Below are positions 43,444 through 52,150 of a stretch of DNA of 64,000 nucleotides, one piece after another. How positions within the stretch are numbered: position 1 is the first letter of the stretch; every line of letters starts with the position of its first letter. Source of the DNA: an uncultured Oscillospiraceae bacterium (GTDB lineage Bacteria; Bacillota; Clostridia; Christensenellales; CAG-138); the NCBI GenBank assembly GCA_964447605.1, contig CAYUTA010000006.1, forward strand, positions 6,118-70,117, read 5' to 3'. Under the pieces are notes generated by a model, which saw only the letters and a list, made by a program, of their open reading frames with translations, had not been told where the DNA came from and searched no databases. A program made the translations under genes and the position numbers.

Positions 43444-45381
43444 ATGGCACGAGGCGGACGCAAAAAAACGGCCGAGCCGTCATTATTCAAAAAAGGTGAG
43501 CCCAAGGATAAAAAATCCTTCTGGTCGCACTTTTTTGAACCTGTGCCCGAGGATGAGGACGAGGAGGAATTCTTCCTCAACGCGTTCGACGGCGGGCCGG
43601 ATACTGCCGGCGCGCTTCCTTATGACGACGGCGCACCTCTTTATCCGGCCCATGTCACACAAGAAGACGCCGCCCGTTCGACGCGCCGGGATGCCATGCG
43701 CGTTGCCGCCGATGCTCCATATGCGGCGGCAGCAGGTTCCGAAGAATCCGGCGTATACCGGCATGAATCTGCTCCCCCCGTCATGCAGGGCGCATCCTAT
43801 ATTCCTTTGGGCACGCCATATGCCCCGGACAACCCCTATGCCCCGCCCGGCATGTCGCAGACGCCGGGCGCCCCCTATGTTCCGCTCGGCACGCCATATG
43901 CCCCGGACAACCCCTATGCCCCGCTCGGCACGCCGCAGACGCCGGGCGCCCCCTATGTTCCGCTCGGCACGCCATATACACCGGACAACCCCTATGTTCC
44001 GCCCGGCACGCCATATGCCCCGGACAACCCCTATGCCCCGCTCGGCACGCCATATGCCCCGGACAACCCCTATGTTCTGCCCGGCGCGCCATATGCACCG
44101 GACAACACCCCCTATGCTCCGCCCGGCACGCCGCAGGCGGCGGGAGAACCGTATATGCCGGTGCCGCCGTATGCGGGCGATTCCTCCGGATACGGCGGCG
44201 CTTTGCCCGAGGAAGAATCGGAGGATATCCACCTGTTCGATGAGGTGGAGGACGCCGATAACGTCCGTTCATCTGAGCGCGGGCAGACGACGCGTCTGTT
44301 CCGCACGGGAACGGGCGCAACCACGCGTATTCATATCAACGAAACCGAGGACGCCATCCGCATGGAGGAGGCGGCCAAAAGGTCGCGCGCCCGCGAAGCC
44401 AAGAAGCGGCACGAGGCGGCAATGGAGCGCCGGAATAAGCGTAAAAAGCGCAACACCATCCTGCGCAAGCTGTTTGCCAACGTGGCGTTTGTGCTGTTTT
44501 TTATCGTAGCGGTCATCGTTGCGCTATACTATGGCTTTCTGCTTTCTGATATCATCGTGCTTGGCAACGATACGTACTCGTCGGAGTACATCGTTCAGCT
44601 TTCCGGGCTCGAGCTCGGAAAGCACATGCTGTTTTGCGATCTGGACGGGGCGGCGGACAACGTCCGGCAGGACCCCTATCTGCAGGTTGAACAGGTCAAC
44701 TATATTTTCCCGAGCCGTATCCGCATCATAGTCAGCGAACGCAAGGAGGTTGCGGGCATCATCGGCCTCGACTACAATGTGATCATCGACGACCAGGGCT
44801 ACGTGCTCTCCATGAGCGGCGGAACGGATATTTCCTCCCTTCTGCAGGTCACCGGCGTGAGCACCACGGGGTTTCAACTCGGCCAGCAGCTTGGCGAGGG
44901 CAATGACCTCGGTACGGCCACGCTGGTACAGATTATTGAAAAGCTTGAGCAATTTCAGCTGATGGGCTCCGTAAAATCCATCGATATGACCACGCCGCTG
45001 GCCATTACTTTCACAGCCGGAAACGGCCTGAACGTACACCTTGGACAGGCCGCCGACCTCGACAATAAGCTGAACACGTTTGCACGGCTATACCCGCAGT
45101 TTGTTGCGCAGAACATCTATGAGGGCACGCTCTATCTTTCCGCCAAAGGCGGCGCAGTCTACTCGCCGCTGGGCGCCGCGGCGGCGGCGGCCGCAGAAGC
45201 GGGCGATGTGCAAGAGCCCGAGGATTTAACAACCGATCCCGATACAACTACGTTGCCTGAAGACGACGATCAGGGCTCCACATCCCCGGACGACGGGACG
45301 TCTACGCCAACGCCGGCAGAACTGCCCGCAACGCCAACGCCGTACAATCCGGGCGGCTCGTCCGACGAGTTCCATGGGTAA
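43444..45381 (+). CDS. ftsQ: cell division protein FtsQ/DivIB with long repeat-rich N-terminal extension
   Basis: ATG 43444 (MARGGRKKT). A Pro-rich repeat region is followed by a basic stretch and one TM helix (VAFVLFFIVAVIVALYYGFLL). A POTRA/FtsQ block follows (IIVLGNDTYSSEYIVQLSGLELGKHML..IRIIVSERKEV). The C-terminal tail is acidic and low-complexity. Confidence 0.85.
   Translation: MARGGRKKTAEPSLFKKGEPKDKKSFWSHFFEPVPEDEDEEEFFLNAFDGGPDTAGALPYDDGAPLYPAHVTQEDAARSTRRDAMRVAADAPYAAAAGSEESGVYRHESAPPVMQGASYIPLGTPYAPDNPYAPPGMSQTPGAPYVPLGTPYAPDNPYAPLGTPQTPGAPYVPLGTPYTPDNPYVPPGTPYAPDNPYAPLGTPYAPDNPYVLPGAPYAPDNTPYAPPGTPQAAGEPYMPVPPYAGDSSGYGGALPEEESEDIHLFDEVEDADNVRSSERGQTTRLFRTGTGATTRIHINETEDAIRMEEAAKRSRAREAKKRHEAAMERRNKRKKRNTILRKLFANVAFVLFFIVAVIVALYYGFLLSDIIVLGNDTYSSEYIVQLSGLELGKHMLFCDLDGAADNVRQDPYLQVEQVNYIFPSRIRIIVSERKEVAGIIGLDYNVIIDDQGYVLSMSGGTDISSLLQVTGVSTTGFQLGQQLGEGNDLGTATLVQIIEKLEQFQLMGSVKSIDMTTPLAITFTAGNGLNVHLGQAADLDNKLNTFARLYPQFVAQNIYEGTLYLSAKGGAVYSPLGAAAAAAAEAGDVQEPEDLTTDPDTTTLPEDDDQGSTSPDDGTSTPTPAELPATPTPYNPGGSSDEFHG
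43801..44136 (+). repeat. in-frame 42-nt tandem repeats (PLGTPYAPDNPYAP units) inside ftsQ
   Basis: The unit GGCACGCCATATGCCCCGGACAACCCCTATGCCCCGCTC recurs about 6 times with few substitutions. Two longer units also carry ..GCAGACGCCGGGCGCCCCCTATGTTCCGCTC. Confidence 0.9.
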
Positions 45382-45645
45382 GGTCGCAAGCGTATTTGCC
45401 AAACCGCAGCCATCCGGCGCATCGCACAACATGAACGCCAAAATTGCCACGATGCTTTTGCTTTCCCTTGTAATTCCGTTTATGTAAGATGTAAGATGTT
45501 GCATTCTCTTTCCCTTCGGTGTTATAGGGGGACGCCGAAGGTATCTATTGTTGCAGGCATAGGGCTGCTATGTTCCATTCCAATACGTTCGAGTACGACG
45601 GCTTTGTTTCCCCTCAACGATTGGCCCCGCCGTTTACCGCGCGCC

Positions 45646-46290
45646 TCAGTCCAAATCCCCTTCCTCACCCAGAAACGCCACGGCCTTTCCAACGATGGGG
45701 AAGCTGCTTTCCGCACGCACGACCACGGGCGCATAGGCGGGGTTCTCAGCCATAAATACAATCTTGTCATCATTTTTATAGACGCGCCGCAGGGTGAGCC
45801 GCCCCTCCAGGATGACGGCGGCGATTTCATGGTTTTTGACGTCGTTTTGCGCGCGCACATAGATGGTGTCGCCATCCCGCACGCCGATTTTGCTCATGCT
45901 GTCCCCATGAAAACGCATGGTAAAATCACAGCGGACGTTGGCCGGAACGGCACAGTAGCCCTCGATATTCGCGGGATCGAACACATTGCTGCCGCGCACC
46001 GTCTCGACAATGCGGGGCCTTGCCGACGCGTCGGCCGGCGCAGGCAGCTCGGACGCCACCGGTTTGCCGGTCGGGTAGGCGCGCCGCGTTTCTTCATCCA
46101 CCGCCAAAAAATCCACCGTTACTTCAAAGAAGCGGGAGAGTTTGAGCAACGTGGAACGCTTGACGTTTTCCGTCCCCTTTTCATAGAAGTTGACGATGGT
46201 CATATATGGAATGCCCGCGGCGCGCGAAAGCGAGGCCTTGTTGAGCCCGCGCTCCTCCATGAGCATATCCAGCTTATCCGTCATAGTCAT
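45646..46290 (-). CDS. XRE-family HTH repressor with S24 (LexA/CI-like) autopeptidase domain
   Basis: ORF trimmed to MTMTDKLDMLMEERG (ATG 46290, AGGAGAGG RBS). HTH block: LNKASLSRAAGIPYMTIVNFEKG-like. S24 core: GDSMSKIGVRDGDTIYV and LRRVYK. Confidence 0.85.
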   Translation of the reverse strand: MTMTDKLDMLMEERGLNKASLSRAAGIPYMTIVNFYEKGTENVKRSTLLKLSRFFEVTVDFLAVDEETRRAYPTGKPVASELPAPADASARPRIVETVRGSNVFDPANIEGYCAVPANVRCDFTMRFHGDSMSKIGVRDGDTIYVRAQNDVKNHEIAAVILEGRLTLRRVYKNDDKIVFMAENPAYAPVVVRAESSFPIVGKAVAFLGEEGDLD

Positions 46291-46312
46291 AGCGATCGCC
46301 TCTCCTGTTTCC

Positions 46313-46341
46313 ATTGTATGGGATTCGGCAAAATTTTACAA
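46313..46341 (-). promoter_or_regulatory. candidate promoter of the S24 repressor gene
   Basis: On the minus strand: TTGTAA (46341-46336), 17-nt spacer, TACAAT (46318-46313), about 22 nt upstream of the ATG. Confidence 0.5.
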
Positions 46342-46561
46342 GCCATATTACCATCCGCCATAAGTATTTGAAAGAAACCGGCTTTTTTCTGAAAGATCTA
46401 CGAAAACCCGCCCGCGCCTCTGGCGCAGCGAGTGAAATATGTGTATAATGTCCGTTGTTCGGACATGATCCGCCTCCGGCGGATCATACCATATCGCGGT
46501 ACGGGATATGGTATAATGGGAACAACCTGAGAATTTGCTGTATTGGAAGGGGGATTCCGAC

Positions 46562-47395
46562 ATGGATTCAAACAAGAAACATGCGCTGGAACAGTTTGCG
46601 CTAAAAATCCGCATTGGCGCAATGGAACAGTTCAAGGCGCGCGGGTTCGGCCACGTGGGCGGCTCGCTGAGCATTGCGGACGCTCTGGCTGTGCTTTACG
46701 GTTCGCAGATGGACGTGGACCCCGCCGACCCGAACAAGGCCGACCGGGACAAGCTGGTTTGTTCCAAGGGGCACGCCGGTCCGGCGGTTTACGCCACGCT
46801 CGCGCTGAAAGGCTTTTTCCCATACGATGTGCTTCAGACGCTCAACCAGCCCGGGACGACGCTCCCCAGCCACTGTGACCGCAAGAAGACGCCCGGCATC
46901 GACATGACGACCGGTTCGCTGGGGCAGGGTGCTTCGCTTGCCTGCGGCATGGCGCTGGGCGATGCGCTCAAGGGGCGCAAAAACCGCGTTTTCCTGATCG
47001 TCGGCGACGGCGAAGCCGACGAGGGGCAGGTTTGGGAGGCGTGTATGTTCGCCTCCGCCAAGAAGCTTTCCAACCTGGTGTTGCTGCTCGACAGTAATCA
47101 AAAACAGCTGGACGGCCCCGTGAAGGAAATCCTCGATCCACTCGATTTTACAAAGAAATTTGAAGCGTTCGGCTTTGATACCCGGCGTATTGACGGAAAC
47201 GATATCGAGGCGCTTTACGACGCGCTCGAGTACACGAAAAAAGGGGGCGACAAACCGTTTGCCCTTGTGCTCGACACCATCAAGGGCAAGGGCGTGGCCG
47301 AGGTTGAAACCGCTGCGGGCAACCACAGCATGACCGTCCCGACCGAAAAGTGGGATGCGTGGCAGCAGGGCCTGATCGCCCGGCTGGACGCCTGA
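46562..47395 (+). CDS. transketolase, N-terminal (TPP-binding) subunit
   Basis: ORF trimmed to MDSNKKHALEQ (ATG 46562). Motifs: GHVGGSLSIADALAVLY, SKGHAGPAVYA and GDGEADEGQVWEA. Confidence 0.9.
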   Translation: MDSNKKHALEQFALKIRIGAMEQFKARGFGHVGGSLSIADALAVLYGSQMDVDPADPNKADRDKLVCSKGHAGPAVYATLALKGFFPYDVLQTLNQPGTTLPSHCDRKKTPGIDMTTGSLGQGASLACGMALGDALKGRKNRVFLIVGDGEADEGQVWEACMFASAKKLSNLVLLLDSNQKQLDGPVKEILDPLDFTKKFEAFGFDTRRIDGNDIEALYDALEYTKKGGDKPFALVLDTIKGKGVAEVETAAGNHSMTVPTEKWDAWQQGLIARLDA

Positions 47396-47408
47396 AAGGG
47401 GAATTGCA

Positions 47409-48359
47409 ATGAAGATTGTATATAACGGCGAAATGGACCCGCGCGCGTTCAAGGACGTGCTGGGCGCGACCATCCCCCGTCTGGCGGCGGAGGACGCCTG
47501 CGTCATCTATCTCGACGCAGACCTGATGAGCTGCATCGGCACAAAAAAATGGGCGGACGCAAACCCGGACCGCGGCGTCAACTGCGGCATTTCGGAGGCC
47601 AACATGATCGGCGTGGCGGCCGGGCTCGCAGCAAGCGGCTTCAAGCCCATCGTCCACACATTCGGTCCGTTTGCCTCGCGCCGCGTGTTCGATCAGGTGT
47701 TCCTTTCGGCGGGTTATGCGGGCAACGACATCACCGTCATCGGCTCCGACCCCGGCGTCTGCGCCGCGTTCAACGGCGGCACGCATATGCCGTTTGAGGA
47801 TGTTGCGCTCTATCGTACGCTGCCGAACGCAACCGTGGTCGACGTCACCGATGCAAACATGCTTATCAGCGTACTCGAGCAGTGCAAGGACCGCCCCGGC
47901 GTAAAGTATATCCGCGTGGGCAGGAAGAACGCCGCGAAGGTCTTTGCCGACGGCGAGACCACGCCCATCGGCAGGGCTATCCCGCTGCGCGAGGGCGTCG
48001 ACGCCGTTATCTTCGCCTCCGGCATCATGGTGCACGAGGCCATGCAGGCGGCGCAGGCCCTTGCAAAGGAGGGCGTCGACGCTGCGGTCGTCAACCTGTT
48101 CACCATTAAACCGCTCGATGAGGAAGCCGTCCGGCGTTACGCAAAGGCGACCGGACGGGTCGTCGTTGCCGAAAACCACAACAGGATCGGCGGACTTTAC
48201 AGCGCGGTCTGCGAAACGCTTTCGCGCTGCAACTGCGCGTGCGTGGACTATGTCGCCGTCGAAGATGCATTCGGCGAGGTCGGTCCGCAGAACTATCTGC
48301 AGGAGCGTTTCGGCCTGACTGCAAAGCACATCGCAGAAAAGGTCAGGGGCTTGATGTAA
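47409..48359 (+). CDS. transketolase, C-terminal (pyrimidine-binding) subunit
   Basis: Motifs GISEANMIGVAAGLA and FTIKPLDEE. It lies 13 nt after the N-terminal subunit gene. Confidence 0.9.
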   Translation: MKIVYNGEMDPRAFKDVLGATIPRLAAEDACVIYLDADLMSCIGTKKWADANPDRGVNCGISEANMIGVAAGLAASGFKPIVHTFGPFASRRVFDQVFLSAGYAGNDITVIGSDPGVCAAFNGGTHMPFEDVALYRTLPNATVVDVTDANMLISVLEQCKDRPGVKYIRVGRKNAAKVFADGETTPIGRAIPLREGVDAVIFASGIMVHEAMQAAQALAKEGVDAAVVNLFTIKPLDEEAVRRYAKATGRVVVAENHNRIGGLYSAVCETLSRCNCACVDYVAVEDAFGEVGPQNYLQERFGLTAKHIAEKVRGLM

Positions 48360-48387
48360 CGCCGCTGTCCATTGCAAAGCAACGGCC

Positions 48388-48423
48388 GGGCCACGCGGAT
48401 TTCGTTTTCGCGTGGCCCTTTCC
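48388..48423 (+). terminator. intrinsic terminator after the transketolase genes
   Basis: GGGCCACGCG-gatttcgtttt-CGCGTGGCCC followed by TTTCC, 29 nt after the stop. Confidence 0.6.
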
Positions 48424-48709
48424 ATTCTCGTTCGCCTATTCAAGCCGTTTTTCCGGTTATACAGAAAAAGGTCCGTGCCGCCTGGCGCAGCCCTGGGCAG
48501 GTGTGATTGTGCCGTCCGGCGGAACCGTTGTTTTTTGGTGGAATCGCCGTTTTCCCCCGTGCGCCGCACGCCCGGCAGGCGGACATGCGTGCCGCCTTTG
48601 CCCAGCATTTACAACGCGCCCTGCGAAGACTTTTTGACAGGACCGGCACATGGCCGGCGCAGGGCAGAGCCGGATGTTGGCACAGAACGGCCGAAGGGCG
48701 CGGCCCATT

Positions 48710-50386
48710 CTACTCCAGCGCCGGCAGGCCGAACAATGCCTGCATTTCACGATACAGATCGTTTTGCCGCCAGCCGTTGGAGGTGGAATGCGTGCCCGAG
48801 GCGTTGATGACGCAGTTGGGCAACGCCGCCTGCAGCCCGGCAAGCTGCGCCTTGTCAAGCTCGCAGCGGATGCACCAAAGCCGCTCAAGCTGCGTCATTT
48901 GCTTGAGCACTTCAACGCCGCCGATGGCGTTGGTGCTGCAGTTGAGATGCGTAAGCTTTTTAAGCGACAGCAGCGGGTTTAAATCGGTCAGATTGTTCTG
49001 GAATGTTTCGAGATACTCCAGTTCCGTACACGAGGCGACGGGCGAAATATCCGTAATGCCTTCCATTGCGATGATCAAAAACCGCAGCTTCGGCAGGTGA
49101 CGCACGACAGAGATATCCGTGATACGCCGTTTATGGCCAATATCGAGCGCCACAAGATCAGTGCAGTACTTTAGCGGCGCAATGTCCTCCGTGGTCAGGT
49201 TGATCACGCCCTTTTTCAAATATTTCACCGTCTCGGTGCTGCGCTCGTTTCCGGTGGAAAAAGCCTGCGCGTCAGTGCGCACCTGCCAGCGGCCAATCGT
49301 GACGTACCAGACGAACTTAATGTCCGGAAATTGCCCGCACAGCGCCCCCATCTGCTCGTCCGTCAGGCCGCAGTCGCACATGTTGATTTTTTTCAATGCG
49401 GGCAGGTACTTCAGCTTTGCGGCAAACGCATCCACGTCGCCAATGGACTTCCCGCTCAGGTCAATTTCCGTATCCGCGCCGGAAACGGGCACGCCGGCAA
49501 GCTCGAAGTCCCACAGGAACGCAAGCTGCGGGTAGACGGCGGAAAGCTGCTCAATGTCGGCGAGGGAAACCGCAAGGCCCGTCAGGTTAACCGTCTCCGC
49601 ATCCGGAAAAAAAGCCAGCGCCTCCAAAAGCGTTTCCGCGCGATAAGCCGGCGCTCCGGTCAGGTCCAGCGTTGCGGCCGCCAGGTCGACAAGCTTGCCG
49701 CAAACGTCGAGATTCGCGTCAAAACGGATGTTCGGATAGTCGGTTATCAGCTTAGAAAGCGTTTGTCCGTCCAACCCGGTATCGTGCAAATCCACGCCGG
49801 CGAGCGCCGGCAGGCAGGAAAGCGCACGGCCGAGTTCCTCTGCGGTCACGCCCGTGCCGGAAAGATCGAGTGTCGTCTCTGCGTTGGAAACCGATTTTCC
49901 GCCAATCTGTACGTTCCAGATAATCGCGCAGCCGGGCAGCTCCCTGCTCATGGCGAGCAGCGCGTCGTAACAGGCGCAGCCTGTCGCGTCCACATCGGCC
50001 AGATTGGGAAAATAGCGCAGCATTTGGATTTCCGCCGCATCGACGGCCGGCAGGACCAGCCGCGTGGAGTCGCTGTCAAACGTCGCATCGCCAATCGGCA
50101 CGCTCCAAAGAATTTCGCAACCGGGCAGCGCGGCATGCAGCGCATCATACTGCCCGGCAGTCACGGGATTGTCGCGGATATCCAGCCGGACCAGCTGCGT
50201 GCTCTGCTGCAGCTCCTCCAGCTGCCCGGCGGAAAGGCCCCTTCCGCGCAGGTCGGCTTCCGTCGCGCTTTCTTTCACCAGTCCCCCGCCAAGGGCGGCA
50301 ATGACGCTGCATCCGCACAGCAGGCAGAGACCGGCCAGACAAAGGCTGAGGAACAGCGCGCGCAGCTTGTTCTGAAATTGATTCAT
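48710..50386 (-). CDS. leucine-rich-repeat lipoprotein
   Basis: Signal peptide with lipobox (LAGLCLLCGCSV) and a GGAAGGAG RBS. The body consists of repeated LxxLxxLxLxxxxIxD-type LRR units. No LPXTG motif was seen. Confidence 0.8.
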   Translation of the reverse strand: MNQFQNKLRALFLSLCLAGLCLLCGCSVIAALGGGLVKESATEADLRGRGLSAGQLEELQQSTQLVRLDIRDNPVTAGQYDALHAALPGCEILWSVPIGDATFDSDSTRLVLPAVDAAEIQMLRYFPNLADVDATGCACYDALLAMSRELPGCAIIWNVQIGGKSVSNAETTLDLSGTGVTAEELGRALSCLPALAGVDLHDTGLDGQTLSKLITDYPNIRFDANLDVCGKLVDLAAATLDLTGAPAYRAETLLEALAFFPDAETVNLTGLAVSLADIEQLSAVYPQLAFLWDFELAGVPVSGADTEIDLSGKSIGDVDAFAAKLKYLPALKKINMCDCGLTDEQMGALCGQFPDIKFVWYVTIGRWQVRTDAQAFSTGNERSTETVKYLKKGVINLTTEDIAPLKYCTDLVALDIGHKRRITDISVVRHLPKLRFLIIAMEGITDISPVASCTELEYLETFQNNLTDLNPLLSLKKLTHLNCSTNAIGGVEVLKQMTQLERLWCIRCELDKAQLAGLQAALPNCVINASGTHSTSNGWRQNDLYREMQALFGLPALE

Positions 50387-50456
50387 GGTTTCGGCTCCTT
50401 CCGGGTTCTTTCAGAGTTTTATATTCCGCCGCTTCAACCGGCGGCAAGCGTGCCTT

Positions 50457-51962
50457 TTAGGATCCGCTCCCATCGCGCTGATACAGCCGGTATGTCCACA
50501 GGTCGTCCTCATACGGCAGGTCGGCCGTATCGATCAGGACATAACGCGGACCCGGGGCATCCTCGCGGTTGCGCATAATCACAAATTCGGGCGCGCCCGC
50601 TTCAACAAGCCGCACCTGCTCGGCCGCGTTCTCCGGGAGCATGACGTTGTTGGAGCTGAAAAAGCGATTGGACGGAATCACATCCGCGGCCAGGTAGAAC
50701 CCGCTGTCCGGGAACGCCCGGCAGAGAAGCGTAATCGCGTCCCCGCTGCGGCTTTGCTCCATCGCGGCGGCAAATTGTCCCTGCGGCGTGTTCTCCTTCG
50801 GGACGCCAAGCAGATAGACGTTACCGCTGACAAGCAGCGATATCCCCACGCCCAGCACACTCAGGCACGCTGGCAAAGCGCGCGGCCAACGCCGGCCGAC
50901 CAGCTTTGGCGCAACGCACGCGTTCCAAAGCTCAACCAGCGGCACGCAGCCGAGCGGCGCAAAAGCGGCAAGCGTCAGGCCATAATAGCGGTAGTTCTGC
51001 CCGCCCATATATAATCCGCAGGGCAGCAGCAAGAACATGCCCCAGACGGCGATTTTCCCCATACGCGTCAATTTGCCCGCTTTGGCAAACGTGAAGTAGA
51101 GCAGTCCGCCGGCTATCAGCAGCGCATACTGAAAATTGCGCAGCAGCGTGGCGAGCGTGCCTTTTACAATGGCGAGCAGCATGTTCAGCAAAACGGGCGC
51201 TTCGAGCGTGGAGTACCCAAAGACGTTCGTATAGAAGTAATAGTGCCAGAATTCCGGCAGCGCATCGTTTACGGCAAAATAGATCATCCACGGCACGCCC
51301 GTAAGCAGCATCGCGCAACCAAACACCGCGCAGCAGACAAGTCCATGCGAGACGGAGTGCCGCAGGCATTGCCAGAAAAGCAGCACGGCCATCCACGCCG
51401 CATAAAACGCCAGCAGCGTGAATTTGGAAAACAGCAGCAGCCCCGCCAGCAGGCCGTTGGCAAACACCATTTTAAGCGGCGCCGGCGCGTCCATCCGGTC
51501 ATAGCGCAGCATGCTGTAAAGCCCGTATGCAAACACCGGCAGACAGAATTCCTCCAGGCTGCCGCCGTGGGAAAAGCTCATGGACGAAAGAATCAGCGTG
51601 CCGAGCACAGGCAGCGCAACCAATGCGTTCCGGCCGCTGTACAGCGATATGATGCGGTGCGAAAGGTATAAAAACGCGCCGAAAGAGAGCGCCTCCAGGA
51701 CGTATACGCCAAAAAATGACCGGGACGAGATCAGTGAACCCAGCCCATAGAGCAGGTAAACCACCGGCCCCTTTTGATCGTACAGGTCGAGATACGGCAC
51801 GTAGCCGCGCATTAGCCCCTTCCCGATGGTAAAGTAAATGTTGGTGTCCACCCAGTCGTTGAGCGGGTACAGCGGCGAGGATTTTGTGCAGACAAAAAGC
51901 AACGCTGCGGCAATCAGCACGCAGTATGGATAAAGAAGCCTTGGGGTTGTCTGCTTCTGCAT
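50457..51962 (-). CDS. GT-C glycosyltransferase, family 39 / ArnT-PMT-like
   Basis: ORF trimmed to MQKQTTPRLLYPY (ATG 51962). The first-loop acidic motifs PLNDWVDTNIYFTIGKGLMRGYVPYLDLYDQKGP are typical of the PMT_2/ArnT-like family. About 12 TM segments. Confidence 0.75.
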   Translation of the reverse strand: MQKQTTPRLLYPYCVLIAAALLFVCTKSSPLYPLNDWVDTNIYFTIGKGLMRGYVPYLDLYDQKGPVVYLLYGLGSLISSRSFFGVYVLEALSFGAFLYLSHRIISLYSGRNALVALPVLGTLILSSMSFSHGGSLEEFCLPVFAYGLYSMLRYDRMDAPAPLKMVFANGLLAGLLLFSKFTLLAFYAAWMAVLLFWQCLRHSVSHGLVCCAVFGCAMLLTGVPWMIYFAVNDALPEFWHYYFYTNVFGYSTLEAPVLLNMLLAIVKGTLATLLRNFQYALLIAGGLLYFTFAKAGKLTRMGKIAVWGMFLLLPCGLYMGGQNYRYYGLTLAAFAPLGCVPLVELWNACVAPKLVGRRWPRALPACLSVLGVGISLLVSGNVYLLGVPKENTPQGQFAAAMEQSRSGDAITLLCRAFPDSGFYLAADVIPSNRFFSSNNVMLPENAAEQVRLVEAGAPEFVIMRNREDAPGPRYVLIDTADLPYEDDLWTYRLYQRDGSGS

Positions 51963-52150
51963 GGGTACGCTCCACTTTATTTTGAACTCCGGCGGCGCGG
52001 CGGCAAGCCGAAACATATTGATAATAGTATAAAGGAATCACAAGCGTTTGACAACAATGTGACAATGCCGGGGGTTTTGTTGCCAATATCGAAAGGAATA
52101 TGGCATAATACATTCGTAGAAATAGAAACATAAGACAAAAGAGAGGTACT

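Noticed and set aside
43483-44509. ORFs 43483..44232 (-), 43496..44509 (+) and 43781..44320 (-) across the ftsQ repeat region; also the possibility that the repeats are a CRISPR array
   Set aside because: They are alternative-frame readings of the same 42-nt repeats and give monotonous Arg/Ala/Gly or Arg/Pro/Met text. The repeats are contiguous with no spacers, lie in frame within ftsQ, and no cas genes are present, so this is not a CRISPR array.
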